A stretch of 64,000 bases of DNA, taken from contig OZ116707.1 of assembly GCA_964199315.1 (NCBI GenBank), forward strand, positions 6,634,001 to 6,698,000, read 5' to 3'. The notes beneath the pieces were generated by a model. The model made no database searches. It had not been told where the DNA came from and worked only from the letters and a program-made list of their open reading frames with translations. The DNA is from Orbicella franksi. Its lineage: Eukaryota. The translations under genes were made by a program, and so were the position numbers. Of this stretch, positions 47,731-61,084 are shown piece by piece. Position 1 is the stretch's first letter. The number at the start of each line of letters is the position of its first letter.

Positions 47731-49437
47731 TCAAAGGGTTTGCAGTATTACATGCGCGTAAAGCGCGCGTACTACACGCAGATTACACGCAATATCCAAG
47801 CACCTTACACACACTTTCACACAAATACATGAAAATGTGCGTAACTACACGCATGTAATTACGTGGAGTAGACGTGACATTGGGTGTAAAATGACTTGCA
47901 GTCGTTCAACTGTAACTCATTAAGCGCGTGTAATGAGAACAAAACAATATCAAGGTAACATTTACCATACTGGATTGCACTGCAATACGGTTAAGTCTTT
48001 CGCCCTCTTGCTTCTGGTCATCAAACATTTCTAATAGAATTGACCAGTTGCCTTAAACTGGCTTACTGCTTTGCAGTAAAATTATTTTTTCTGTTGTAGT
48101 TTCAACAAGTTGCGCCTGTGACTGGCAGGCGTGCTAGGATTCACTGAGATAACAGAACATAAACATGTAATGTCGCTTTCAATTTTAAATTGCAGAAATC
48201 AGTGTACTTTAAATCAATCTGAAGATTCATTAAAAATATTTCGAACTCCAAAGTGTTTGGAGTTTAGCGGTGGTCAAAAGCTTTTCCCATTGTGCTTTTT
48301 TTTCTTTTCGCGAGAAACAACAAGGGCACCAGTGACTGATGAACTGAGGCTTGACGGACATGAAATAACAGCAGAACACAATATTTTGCTTGAGATTTTC
48401 AGCTAATTTTTAAACATCAGTTATTCATCTTCAAGTTTTAAAAGCCTTTGAAGATTCATCATTAATAGTACTCAGAAGTGAATGTCCTCTTTCTGAAACC
48501 ATTGTTTTGATCTGATAAAAATGAAATTCGATCTGTTTCTCGAATAGCGTTGCCTAGCATGTGAACAAAATCTTCCCCAGGCGGAAATCCTGTGCAGTGT
48601 GAGAGTTGTTTTAAATTAGTTACTGTTTCAGTTTATTCCACACGCATATACATGTACAGACATGCGATGATCTGTGAACTGGACTTAACCTACAGATCAA
48701 AATCCAAATGTTTTTCTCGAATCTAGCTTATCAGTAGTCAACTGTATTGAAATTTAAGCCAAATAATGGAATGAACCAGGTGTGAACATTGTGGGTTGTT
48801 GTCAGAAGGTTACACACAAATCTGACAAATTGAAAATTAACGAATGCTTAGATTTTGTTAAAAAAAATTTCAGAGTATTCGCCATTTAAGATTAAGAGAG
48901 AGTCTGATTGTTTCTCTTTGAATCCCTATTTCATTGTTATCGAAGGAACAGGATTTGAAATGACATTTCTTGCATGGGTAAACATTATGTTCCGATGTAC
49001 GTTGTATCTGTTTGAACGTACATGAAAGCTCAGAGATCTGTAAGAATTAAGTTTTGATGTTAGGCACAAGTGCAAGCTGCTACAGATTAAGAAAGAGTAT
49101 TTGTTTGATAGGTGGTTGAGCTAGTCCACTAATTTAGCAATGCTTCTCACCTTTTAAATTTACTTTTTGTTGTGAACATGGAGTATCGTGTGTATCAAAT
49201 ACAAGTTAGTGGTGGCTTTTTGTTTTGCAAAATACATGCAAATGTGTGTATGAATAACAAAGGTTTCTTCTAGTAAACATACACGTATATGGTTGAGATT
49301 ACACGCAAATGCGTATAATTACCAGATCAGTAAATTTTACACGCATGTAATTATATGCACCTTACACGCAGTGTCCACGAATAGTACACACAGACTACAT
49401 GCATTTTACGTGCGTATAGTTGCTGCAATCCCTTTGA
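47731..49437. mobile_element. ~1.7-kb non-autonomous DNA transposon, superfamily unassigned
   Basis: TIR TCAAAGGG(T/A)TTGCAG at both ends, subterminal TACACGC repeats, flanking CTGG on both sides. No ORF of note. Confidence 0.75.
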
Positions 49438-49861
49438 CTGGTACTGTATGTCTGGGAGCCAGACAGGTTTTCAAATTATACTCTATGTGACCTGCAGTCA
49501 AAATTAAATTTTTGAAACTTTCAGTTGGTAAGATCAAATCCCTGTTTATATGACTGAAAACTTCACTATTTCCACTGTAGTATGAATTTTTGTGAGCCTG
49601 GCACCCAGTATACCGGTATTTATAATGAAGTATTTCAATGACTGGCAGCCGGACAAGGTTTCAAATAGACTAAATGACTGGCAGTCAAAACTTTTTTGTA
49701 GGTTAGGCTAAATAGCACTCCGGTTAACCTAAAAAGCACTCTGGTTGGCCTTAAATGCACTCCAGTTAGTCTGAGTAGCTCTCCGGTTAGCCTGTTTACG
49801 GTTAGCTTTCAATAATGCTAGGGGTAACACTATACATGCTTAAAAAATTCTGAAAGCTGTC

Positions 49862-49972
49862 AGCCGATTGCTGTGGCGCACTGGTCATGAGTATCACTTG
49901 TCATGTGGGGGACCAGAGTTCGATTCCTCTTGGGGTTGCCTGTCACAGTGTTCTTTTTACATTGTTTTACTT
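49862..49972 (+). mobile_element. tRNA-derived SINE-like head, copy 2
   Basis: TGTGGCGCACTGGTCATGAGTATCACTTGTCATG...GAGTTCGATTCCTCTTGGGGT aligns with 38456-38570. Confidence 0.6.
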
Positions 49973-50336
49973 CATAGGTCTTTGTGACCTGGTTTGCACC
50001 GGGGCTCTTCGCAAGCTACACACAAACACAGGTAAGCTGAAACAAGGTGTTTTGTTCAGGAAGCTTGGTTTCAAAGAAATCGGAGTGAATCAACGTAGTA
50101 GTCAAAGGATACATTAGTCTTTGGATCACTGACTGGATCTGAAGAGAGTTTAACATTCCACATTAGGCTGTTTGTGTTGGACTTTTTTGAACATGGTGCA
50201 AGAGAAGTTGTTGAGACACTTTGTCTTGTTATTTTTCCTTTGATTTCCTTGATGAAAGACCAGGTGTCTAGCCTGAATGAGAAAGGAGTCAAAGCTATAG
50301 TTTTGGGGCCAGAAAGTTCTATGACACGGAAATTAA

Positions 50337-52160
50337 AGTGCCTATAACCCCAAAACATTTTTTTCGCCTAATCAAATCTCTGTATGGAATTGGGAAAATG
50401 TCGCAAAAATTTTTGAATTCGGTTAAAACCCGAATTTTTTACGAATTTTTAAAGTTGGCGCTGTTAAGAGCACGACCGAGCATTCGGGAGAATGGGACCA
50501 GTGACGTCATTCCAGGCCATTGCCAGCGTTGCTCCAGTATAAACTCTCACGTTGTTTTGTGTGTGGGATAGAGTACTGAGGGTTAGTTTTTTGTCAAAAG
50601 AACTTTTGTTTGACTCAACAAAAGTTTGAATATTCAAACGTACTTATAATGTCGTCCAGCGATTCTAGCTATGACTCTAGCTCGGACTCTGAGGCCGCAG
50701 AGGTCGAGGTCGAGTACGACTTAGAAGTCGAGGGTTCATCAAACCCGAGCGAACACGAAACCTCAGATGATGAACCAGATGCCTATGCGAATGAGCCGAT
50801 GGCAGACGAGGAATGGCTGGCTCAATATGAAGAGGAAAGAAAAACGGAGGAAGAACTAGAGAAGAAGCTTCAAAACCGATTAAGTGGATCAGAGGAAATC
50901 AAAGAATGGTTAGTTGGCATTGTTTTGCGTTGCTAGCGACGCGTGGCGACGCGCCATTTGCAAGTTTACGGTTGTCGGGTGCATATTCTACTATTATTTT
51001 AGCTGTTCTTCTTTGTAAATTTTTCTTCTCTATCTTTGTAAGTTCCTTCCTTTTTTCTATAAGCTTTTCCCGCAACGACTTTACTGTGTTGCTTAGCTTC
51101 CTCTTTTCATTTCGAAGAACGACGCAGCTCGCGCACTCTTCACTCGCACCGGCACTTTCCCCAACTTGCTCTGCAGGCGGATTTCCCTCGACTTCGCACA
51201 CATCTGGTGGCTCTGATTCATGAACGAGTTCTGCTGCTTGTGGCCGTTTTTTCTGCATTAACTAAAGAAGAAGATGCAGTTGGCTCCTTGCTTCTTCTTC
51301 TACGTTTAGGCTCGGGCTCGACTACGGGGACACAAATGTCAGGACTTTCCAGCGCGTCTTTCTTCCTCTGAATGCAGAAAGACAAAGCGAAATATTTCAA
51401 AGGAATGCACTCTTAAAGACCATCAAAACTTTTGCAAATACAAATCGAGTACGTGAAAGAAACATGTTAACAACGAGATGCCGCGGGAAAGCTGCTCATT
51501 TTAATGAAAATACATGTGCATTTCTCACCTTTCTCTCAGCTCGCTTGCTTTCTGGTTTACTTCCGCCCGAAACACAAGGCGCTTGGATCGTCGGGCAAAC
51601 ACAAATGCTAATTTCATCTTTCCGTAGTCTTCTTTGCATATTGACGTTTGTCAATCCAGGGAACATTACTTCGTAGTCCTCTTCTCGGAAATGCTTTGAG
51701 CACACTGCCGAGTACTTCGTGGGCTCCCAATGAGCACGCTTAGATTTTACGAAGTCAACCCATTGCTTTCTTCTTTTTCGCTTCTGCGGTTCATCAGCCC
51801 CTTCAAAAGGTATGGGATGAAGCGAAATACCTTCTGCCTTACTTGGCTTATTATTACAGCCGAAAACAACGCATTTATCTGGCATTTTCAAGATTTCTGA
51901 CCTTCCGAAGCGAAGCAAACGCGGTTCCAAACAAGAAAGCGATCAATGGCCTGGAATGACGTCACAAGTTTCGCTATACCCAGACCCTTTTCAGTGACTC
52001 TGTGACTCGGTCGTGTTTTGAAAAAGTGCCATTTTTCCGATCTTTAAAAAATCATAAAAAATCGCGGTTTGAACCGAATTAAAAAATTTTTGCGACATTT
52101 TTCCCAATTCCGTACAGAGATTTAATTAAGCGCAAAAAATTTTTTGGTGTTATAGGCACT
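50337..52160 (-). mobile_element. Internally deleted Kolobok transposon
   Basis: TTAA TSD (50333-50336, 52161-52164). AGTGCC...GGCACT termini with ~120-bp imperfect TIRs. Minus-strand THAP exon (CVVFGC...W...VCSKHF) and a convergent plus-strand acidic KolX-like exon ending at GAATG/gttagt. No DDE domain. Confidence 0.85.
51508..51888 (-). CDS. THAP zinc-finger exon 1 of the Kolobok transposase (truncated gene)
   Basis: MPDKCVVFGCNN...SLHPIP...RRKQWVDFVK...SAVCSKHFREEDY; donor after KRAERK (gtgaga). Coordinates approximate. Confidence 0.8.
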
Positions 52161-53469
52161 TTAAGGATGCTTTTGAAGGTAAATACAACCTTGCGTTAAT
52201 AAAGTCGTTGCACTTTCAAGTGGGTTTGAATACAGATTGCGGATTTAAAGCAGCTTCCCAGACTCTAGAAAACAAAAGTGGTAATGCACAGTATTACTTC
52301 GAAGTTTAATTCAAATTTTTGAACGACTACTAAAGCCACGGCCAATAGAAACTCAAGCTTTTACTTTAGCGTGAAGAATTAATTTGAACATGTTGTCACG
52401 CAGCGAAGCACATCTGCGAAATTTTGAACATTTTTTTGCTTTTAGATAGTTTTTTTTGCCTCATCTTGAATGAAACTTTATTGTTGTTGAACTTCCTGTC
52501 ATGTTTCTTTCATTTGGTTACCTTTCTTTGGGAATTTTAGGTTTTCAAAGTCAACAGTATTTTTGCATGGTGGATTTCTGCATATTTAATTACGGTGGCC
52601 TCTGCGGCTGTGTTTGTTTAGTTTATTCCCTTCGTTCAAATACAATTTTTTTTAGTTTTATTCAGCTACTATAAAACTCCTGAGAAAAGAACTAAGTGGG
52701 CACTAATTTAGCACAGTTGTAATATGATTTATCTCAAAATAACTGGCTTGTTTTTGTCGTCTTTTTTATTTACAACTTTCACCTTTCCTTCACTGCGCTG
52801 CATTCGTCGCACGTGAAGAAATGATCTGATTTCTTGTTTTTAAATTGTACATTAGATATGTCTTTTCGCTTTTATTTTCCAGTGTTTTCTCAAATGTTAT
52901 CCAGTATGGTAAAAGAATGGAAATTTTGTTGTTTTCAGTTTTGTTTTGTGCTCCAAAGTCAAGAATTAACTCGTTTTTGTGAGTTCAATTTTCTCAGCTT
53001 TTGTCGAGCAGCAAAGAAAAAATATGATTTTGTGTTTTCTTATCAATTATAATACAACTCAAGTTGAGTTTTTCTTGTTGATATTTTTTGAAAATTTTGG
53101 CCCATAATTTGTTCAACTTTAAATAAAGGATGTCTTAAAATCTGATCTTATACATGGCTGTGGTTACTGGGCATATGATTTATTTTTCTGCTTACACTCG
53201 CTCTAAAATATTTAAAAAAAAAATCCAGGGAATTAGGGGTAGGCTGTGAATCATTACGTCACACCCATGTTTTCGCGCCAAAAATTATGCAAATTTTAAA
53301 TTTGAATCCGAGCAAGCGGAACAAGTCGACTTCATTTTATAGAAGAAGTCTTCTTGTGGCAAGTCTGTCTGGAGGCATTCAAGCGGGATGTTTTGGTCTA
53401 TGTAGGCATTAACTTTGAATGACTGCCCTGGGACTGCAAACACTCATGCCCTGAAAAGGGTGTTAATCA

Positions 53470-53753
53470 CTTTGAAAACATATCAAATGTTTTCTGTCCA
53501 CACTTCGTTGGAGAAATTTGAAAACGCAACAATCACCAGTCATTTTGGATTTGTGGTTGAGGAAATCGTGACGTCATTGTTTTGGAAAAGTTCCATTATG
53601 AAAATGTTTTCCGTGCACATTAAAACACAAAGCCAGCAGTGCTTTTGTTTGAAGAACGCCCATTTTTGTGGCAAATTAGTGTGGACGGAGGACCGAACCA
53701 TAGAAATAAAGCTGTGTTTTCAAATTTCTCTGGCGTAGTGTGGACAAGGCCTC
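53470..53753. mobile_element. 5'-truncated Harbinger-like MITE fragment
   Basis: GTCCACAC...TTTGAAAACG and repeated GTGTGGACG, ending GTGTGGACAAGGCCT. The family assignment is from memory. Confidence 0.45.
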
Positions 53754-54343
53754 AGTGTAATTGTTTATCAAGTATTGCAAATCAAACCTGAAGGTCAAAA
53801 TTGCTAAAATTACGTACTGGTCGGTAAACATGCACTGAGTATCAGGTAAGATCGAAATATCCAATGATATCACAAATTGTTCTTGCGGACAGACTGGTTG
53901 GTGGTTTCCACTGGAATGCTAGCAAGCTTGTACCAAGAGTCTTTGTTCCCCTTGACCAGCGGTCGGGAAATGAGTGACGCTGGAAAGATCTGATTTCAAG
54001 TCCGAAAATATCGGACTTCCAGTTGAATTATGCCTAGTGCAGAAACATGTGGCTCAATCGAGTCGCTTGTGTTTTTCTTTAGCGTGTGAGGGCACCTGTT
54101 TTTTTCTGCTCTTGTTTCATGCAAAAAAAAACAAAACAAAATAAAACAAAACAAGAGCCAAAGAAACTGGATGCTCTTGCAGGCTAGTTTTTTTCCAATC
54201 ATTTTCATTGTTTTTAATGCCAGTGAAACTTAAGACTGCAATGGAACTAGATATTCTTCGCTGTGGATACTTCACCATTGGCATACCTACATTGGTTACA
54301 TGAGCTGGAAGTCTGTTCTTCTCTTTTCCCTTGACAAATAGAT

Positions 54344-55995
54344 GTGTTCTCATCACACAGAGATATACGTGCAATATAAACAGGCATTCTCACTTAAGAA
54401 TGACGAGAACACATAACAAGGACAACGTGGTACGAATGACTCGTACCAGGCCCCTATTCATGGCAGAGAGTCGTACTGGTGTCAGCTGCGATGTTGGGGG
54501 GGTTGTATCCCAGTGCTGTGTAGTCTTCGGGGTGGGCAGTTGCTGTTAGTGTGATGAATGGTTGGGACTTTGATGGCTGTCGGACCCAACAGTCAGTTAG
54601 GTGGCAGTAGAGGTGGTGGTCAAGTTTGATGACATCTATGCCAGGATAATGGCTGAGGCTTGTTGCAGTGCAGAGCGAGTAGAAGATGGCACCTTCTGTA
54701 GTATTACCACTGGGTGGGGTAGGCTTTTGGGGTCTGGTGGACTTGCTCTTGCTGCAACACACGCTAGCGAAATGGTTTGGTCGCCCACACTGTTCGCAGG
54801 TTGTGCCATAAGCGGGGCAGTCATTTCTTCGTATCCTGGTCGGGGCGCTCTTGCCGTGGCCATGCTTGTTGCAGTAGGAGCACAAATCATTGTTGTCTCC
54901 AACTTTGCATTGCTTGATGTCATCCTGTTTGGCATGACGGTATTGGCTACTTGCGGCATCCACACCTTGGCTTTGTGACAGGCGGCCAGCGGATTGTTTT
55001 CCAGCCTCTTTTGCCTCAATAAATTGGAAGACTTCTTCAAGGGTCATGTCTTGATTCCTTTCTCCTAGCAGATCTAGTTGAATTTCACTGTCAGCCAGGC
55101 CGCGTGCTAAGACGTCGCGCAAAATGTTCTCCGTGTAATTAACCTCATTAGTGCAACCAGGGCAGGTGACTAGAAACTTGCAGACGCCAGCTTGGCTGCG
55201 AATGCGGGCACCAAAACTACAAATCGTCTCGTCCTGGTCCTGGCGCATGTTGTGCAATTGAACCCCTGGCAACCATTGTGTTCTCCTCCCTCACGGCAAG
55301 TTTTTTAATAACTTCATCAGCAGTCTTGTTGGTGAGGGAGCCGCCTGCGTTTCCTGTGAGGTCTTTGCAAAGCTGTTCATTGCAGCATTTGAGTAGTTGA
55401 ATTACCTTGTGTTTGCCTGTGACATTGGTCACTGCAACATAGTCGCCCCGACAGGTAAGGAAATATGACCAATCCTCGCTTGACCCTGCAGCTGACATTA
55501 TTGGGCGCTGTACTCTTTGGAGTTTAGTGTTTGAAGCGGCACTTGGTGCAGTATCGGTGACTCCTGGAGCAGTGTGTGTGCGTTGTGAGGGGACCGATAG
55601 CAAAACGGCCGCAAGCGTGTCTGTCACTTCTTCTGTTTCGTAGGTACATTCAGGAAACGGGCACTTGTATTTCTTTGCCATTCGACTGTAGTTTGATCTG
55701 TCTTACTGTGATGGTCTTTCGCTATGGCGAGTGATAGTTTCATTCCTGTCTGAAAAGAAAGATGGCGGTCGCGATCAATGGTTTCGTTCTGTGTGGCGCA
55801 TGACGAAAGGATCTGCTTGTAGTCAATGTTTTCTTCGCCTATTCACTGCTTGGTTAAACGTGTTCTCGTCATAGATAGGAATTTATCCATTTCACAGAGA
55901 TATACATTCAATATAAACAAGCATTCTCACTTAAGAATGACGAGAACACATAACAAGGACAACATGGTACGAATGACTCATACCAGGCCCCTATT
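54344..55995 (-). mobile_element. Gypsy LTR element reduced to gag plus protease start between two partial LTR-like repeats
   Basis: Direct repeats at 54344-54458 and 55860-55995. Minus-strand gag split by a frameshift (55681-55217, 55272-54454) with CCHC knuckle CEQCGRPNHFASVC. Confidence 0.85.
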
Positions 55996-56789
55996 GGGCA
56001 AATCATATTTAGCGTCCAGGTCTCTGTCTTATTATAACAAAGGAAAATAACGCATGTTTCCTTGTCACCTTGTTGCAACTTTAAATGAAAATATCGCCTA
56101 GATTTTACATTTCACGGAATTTTTACATCGGAAACGTCCATCAAAAATGTCATGAATGTGTCCTTGTACGTCGTTATAAGCAGAACCTGAAAATGCCATT
56201 TTGCGACAAAACTCAAAACTCGTTTCTGTTTATCTCATTTGATAAAGGGAGATAAACTGTCTTTTCATTAAGACAGTATTGCCTTGATTTTTCAATATTT
56301 CTAATGTTCACTTTTCAACCACATTTACTGCCAACTATTTCTTGGTGAACCAGTAACAAAAATGATAAATTTTTAAAACACATGACCTCGTCCACCCTTG
56401 TCAAATGTGTTAGCATGATCGTTTCACTTGTAATGCCTTCTTATCCAAATGTTACTTTGTTTCTTTGGTACCTTATTAGTCAACCTAAACCAGATAATAC
56501 TAAACATAATCCAAAAAATATTTTAATTCTTTTGTTCAATACACGAGTTTGCTCACAGAGCACTTTGATTGGCTTGTAAGCCTGTTCCATAACTCATAAG
56601 TGGCCAGAGAAGGTGGGGGGAGGTCAAGTAGGCCTACGCTTTGTTTAATTCATGGTTTATTACAGCTCAAGGTGGCTGATATATAAGATAAATCACTTCA
56701 TTGTAAAATATCCTCATGTCATGAATTCTTAACAACTGAAGAAGATCTGATTTGAACTTATGAGGGATTGTACTTTACAACCTAGTACT

Positions 56790-57230
56790 ACTGGACTAGA
56801 TAAGTTTATGGGATTCCAAGGTTATTCTTCTTGCCACAAAACTCATGAGCCATGGCCTACTTGTCAATGGCTATGTCCTTGTATGCATACTTTGGAGCAA
56901 GGGCTGAGTTGCTCTGTCCTCATGGTTGCCCGTAGATAAGTCTTGACTCTATGCATCGGGCTAAAAGTTGCAGTTGACACAGACATAATGAGAAAGATCA
57001 TGGGGATGGTGTTGAGGTTTTGATAAAGAGTTGGATTTATGCAGTCAAGAGTGTCAACCAGAGTTGCTGGTCATTCTCCAGTTGAAAGCAGCCACTTTGT
57101 TTTCCACCACTACATCTCGTTCTAATACTCTTTCTTGTCAGTCAGATGGCATGTGTATGAAAGCATTGCTTTGCATATTAGATAAAACAGTGAAATCGTT
57201 TAGCAAAACCTGCAACCCCTGGTGCACACG
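56790..57230 (-). pseudogene. hAT transposase C-terminal dimerisation-domain relic
   Basis: LYQNLNTIPMIFLIMSVSTATFSPMHRVKTYLRATMRTEQLS matches the hATC pattern (P.S.A..ERSFS...R.KT.LR.TM), with the ERS portion deleted. Confidence 0.75.
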
Positions 57231-59409
57231 TTAAATTTACTATTCAGTGGAAATATAGAACTAGACATTGGAAAGAAACCCGAAAAGAAGGCTGGAGACA
57301 TGAGCACTTAAATTGTTTCTTTCCTTCTATGTTTTCTTAAAAAAGTCACCCAGAAAACTAGTGCTATGAAATAATAAAAGAAATATTCCAAGAGAAAATA
57401 AAAATACTGAGAGAAGTTTGTAAGCCCTGGGCTTACTGGCTTAAAGGGAGCTACAGCCCTGAATATGTTGTTAAAAAATCTGAAATCGGGATTTGATGCA
57501 GCTTTTGTGGCCTTGAGAGACAATTTGTTTCTCTGTGGCCCCTGCCAAGGGACAAAAAGGCAATAGCATGGGACTAAAAACATTTTATTATGTTGCCTTT
57601 TTCATATCCAGTATAAATGATATTGTCTTTGTGCTGTTCAATTTTGATGTTTTTTTACATCAAAAATAACTCTGTCTTCCTCTTGGACATTTGCTCCACT
57701 GAAATAAAGCCATTGATAGAAATCACAGAAAGCCAGTTTGGGAGCAGGTGAAGAACCAATGTGCTGTGACTCATGTAAATCTAAAGCCAGTCCTGTGTGT
57801 ATAATGCAAGTCTCATTTTCCTTCCAAATGTCGGAAAAGTGATCCTCACATGTTTATTCTCCTTTCCTGGCACCTTTAATGTGAAGAAGTCATATTTTTA
57901 TGGGAGGAAAACAGGATTTTGTAGCAATATTCCAGAGCTGCTGTGCAGAGTTATTTGGGAAGGCCCTTTGGCATCAGCTGTGTTCAAGGAGTTGATAAAT
58001 AAAGGCATGCCAAAACTGAGGATGAAACAGGGTAATATCTGTGACAACATTTAACACTCACAGCTACTCCACGTGTTAGGAATGTTGATTGAGACTTGAG
58101 GGAGTCTTGTTTGTAAAAACATTTGATAAGGCACTGATGAGCAAATTTGTTTTCAATATTTTAGCAATAACAGTAATATATGAAAAATACATTTTGAAAC
58201 GTCAGCTGTCAACAGGTACATTATTTTTTAAAATGACATGATCTTTTTTCTGATGGGTATAACAAGTAACTGACTTCACCAGTAGCAGACTGAATGAATT
58301 TCAAACACAACTGAAAGTTTTGATCTTTGGGGACATTTGTGTACCCAGCCAGTAATTTGAAGGGATAAATCTGGTCATGCAAGGGGGAGAATATTGCAAG
58401 TCCACAGCATGACTCAAACCCTATGAAATTATCAGTTTCAAATTTATTTCAGTACGAGAAGGTTATTTTGATAAATTGGTACCTCTTGGAGTAACAATGA
58501 ATTTTAGCCAGACTTACAAAGGGGGATTAATATTAGTTTTCAGTACTTTGAAGGATTTCTTTTGAATTTCCTATCATGGCTACCATCAGTTTGACATTAA
58601 TTGAGTCCTCCCTTACCTGGGCTTGGCAAAAGGAGACAGTTGAAGTTTTTGTGAAATGACAAGTGTAAAAACTGGTAAGGGAGACAATGAATCATTCCCA
58701 AGCAGTGAAGACAGAAACTTTTTTCTTTCCAAGAACAATTTATTAGTTTTAAATAGCATTGCAGGTAACTTCATAGTGTTTCCATGATGTGCAACACATG
58801 AAATCAAAAGGACATCGGAAAATCTTATCGTCAACAAGTCGTCAAATGACTAAATTATTTTCAAACAATATTGCTAGGCAGCTGTTGACATAGCCTTTAT
58901 AATGTAATACATCACACAGTCTACATGTTTAGGGAAGAATATTGCATTTTTTCCAACTTTCTGCAATTCTTCATTTGCAACTGACGTCATGCATTAATTG
59001 ACGATCTGGTTTCCACCAGAAGTCAGCCATGTTGGATGACATCTTGACCCAGGCTGCGACCTCAACCCTCTTACTCCTCTAGTGGTTTGCAATGAATTTC
59101 CATGATAATGGGAGTCTTTTGTGCTGTCTTTTTCTGTAGCCGTAACAAAAAAATGACAAACAATTTGCTTGTTTTTGGTTCCCAACAGTAATAAAAAATC
59201 AAGGGAAACAAACAGAGAAATTGAGTCGAATGCGACGGAATAGTGGTTCACAAAAATTTCCCACGCAGATCTGACAGAGAAGAGAGTATTATACTCATGT
59301 CTGCAGTATTCATTTTATATCAGGTAACCTTAAAACTTATAATTTTATGACTTAGGAAAATTATTTTTGAGATATTTGAGAAGAAATAAGTAGAAAAACA
59401 TCAAATACA

Positions 59410-60770
59410 GGTGTTAGTCTGGGGTAACAACTCTACAATGTGAATGACTCAGACTGGACACCTACCTTGAAGTTGGGCCATAACAAAGTAAAATCACTGA
59501 GCAAGGATGATGTCGACGGTTGTCAAAGAGTGAGTGAGCGAGTGGCGAAGAGAGCTCGCCTTCAGAAGGAGATTGTGAGCAAATCTCAAATTGTTTCTGT
59601 TCTGTCTTGAAGACATGATCGTGGAAAAAGAACCTGCTTGTATGGTAGTGAATTTGAAGTCTTAGAACAAATTCATGAAGACAGTGAAGAATTTCCCCAC
59701 GATAGCAGCAGCATTGGTTTTCAAATTGAGTGGCTTTCCGCTCACAAAGAATATCAAACTGACCTAAGTATGGCTCAAATTTACCAGCTAGAGGAGTGCA
59801 ACAGAAGTTTATTTACAGAGCCAAGCAAAGTAAAAAACAAGTTGCTAACTTCTGATCTATCCCAAAGTGGTTTTGAGGGAAATAATGGGAAAACTCAGTT
59901 CTACACTGGCATTCCAATGTTTTCAATGTTTATGCAGTTGTTTACTCTTATTGCTCCCCATGTTGTCAGCACAAGTACCAATGCATTATGCCAATTCCAG
60001 GAATATTTGTTGGTTTTAATATGTCTGTGGTTAAATGTTCCTTTGCAATATTTAGCACACGGTTTTAAAGTCAGTGTTTCAACAGCATCAAGAGTATCTA
60101 GCAGGTGGATTGATGTGATGCAAGTCAGGTTGGATTTCCTAATTCGATGGCCAGAGTGTGAAGAACTTAGAAAGACTATGCATTTAGTTTTCAGACAGAA
60201 TTTTGGACGCGGAGTTGCTGTCATAATTGACTGTTTTGAAATTTTTACTGATAGGCCATCCAGCTTAATTGCTAGAGCTATAACTTGGTCTAATTACAAA
60301 CATCATAATACTGTTAAATTATTAATTGGAATAACTCCTTAAGGTGTTATAACTTTTCTTTGTAAGGCTTGGGGGGAGGGGGGGGGGGGGTCATGTTAGT
60401 GACAAACACCTCACTGAAAACTGGGGGCTCCTAAACAAGTTATTACCAGGTGATATTGTTCTTACAGATAGGGGATTTGACATTGTTTACAGTGTTGGGT
60501 TTTACTAAGCTACCCTCAAAATACCCGCCTTCACCCGTAGAAAGAGACAACTGTCAGCTCATGACATACAAGAAACTAGAAAATTTGTAAATGTATGCAT
60601 ACATGTAGAGAGGGTCATTGGTTAGGAGGAAGTATGTGATTTTGCAAAGTATCCTGCCTGTCAAATTAACTACTGCAAAACCAGGAGATGCAGAGGCACC
60701 AATAGACGAAATTGCAAGAGTGTGCTGTGCTTTGACAAATCTGTCTGATTCTATTGTACCCTTTGAATGA
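59410..60770 (+). pseudogene. ISL2EU/DDE_Tnp_4-type transposase pseudogene
   Basis: THAP tail DWTPTLKLGH, FYTGIP, HTH region, [42 protein letters not shown]. Stop at 60340 and later frameshifts. Confidence 0.88.
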
Positions 60771-60829
60771 TGATGGAGTAAAAGTCCTGTCTAAACATAT
60801 TTTAATCTGTCATAGGAACTAAAATACAC

Positions 60830-61011
60830 TTGGGAATGGACCATTTGACTTTTGATACTTTTGAGGAAAAAATATCCTGCAAACATACTTGCACCAAAAA
60901 AAAAATCATGCCCATTATTCCTAGTGCCAGAAAGGGTTAAAAACAAAATTTATACCTTCACTAAATCACCCACAACCCCCCTCCCTGAAAATTCAAATGG
61001 TCCACCCCTTA
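60830..61011. mobile_element. MITE between the converging ISL2EU genes
   Basis: TIRs GGGAATGGACCATTTGA / TCAAATGGTCCACCCC. Confidence 0.6.
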
Positions 61012-61084
61012 GGAAAGCAACTCTGTTTAAATTCAATTAAATTAAGTAATAGTAAAATAAAAGTTCTTTTAGTATGTGATGCAT

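Larger units (their letters stand above)
50040..52200 (+). pseudogene. RecQ-type helicase fragment (possibly AcademH-derived) interrupted by Kolobok
   Basis: Degenerate motif I LTGSEESL and motif Ia CLVIFPLISLMKDQVSSLNEKGVKAIVLGPES. Removing the insertion restores ACG GAA ATT AAG GAT GCT TTT GAA GGT AAA TAC AAC CTT (TEIKDAFEGKYNL). Confidence 0.72.

Noticed and set aside
60364-60390. G-runs as G-quadruplex regulatory elements (also ~26614, ~46478, ~62934)
   Set aside because: These are simple homopolymer expansions. The 60364 run interrupts a WGG codon stretch of a dead transposase and may include assembly error.
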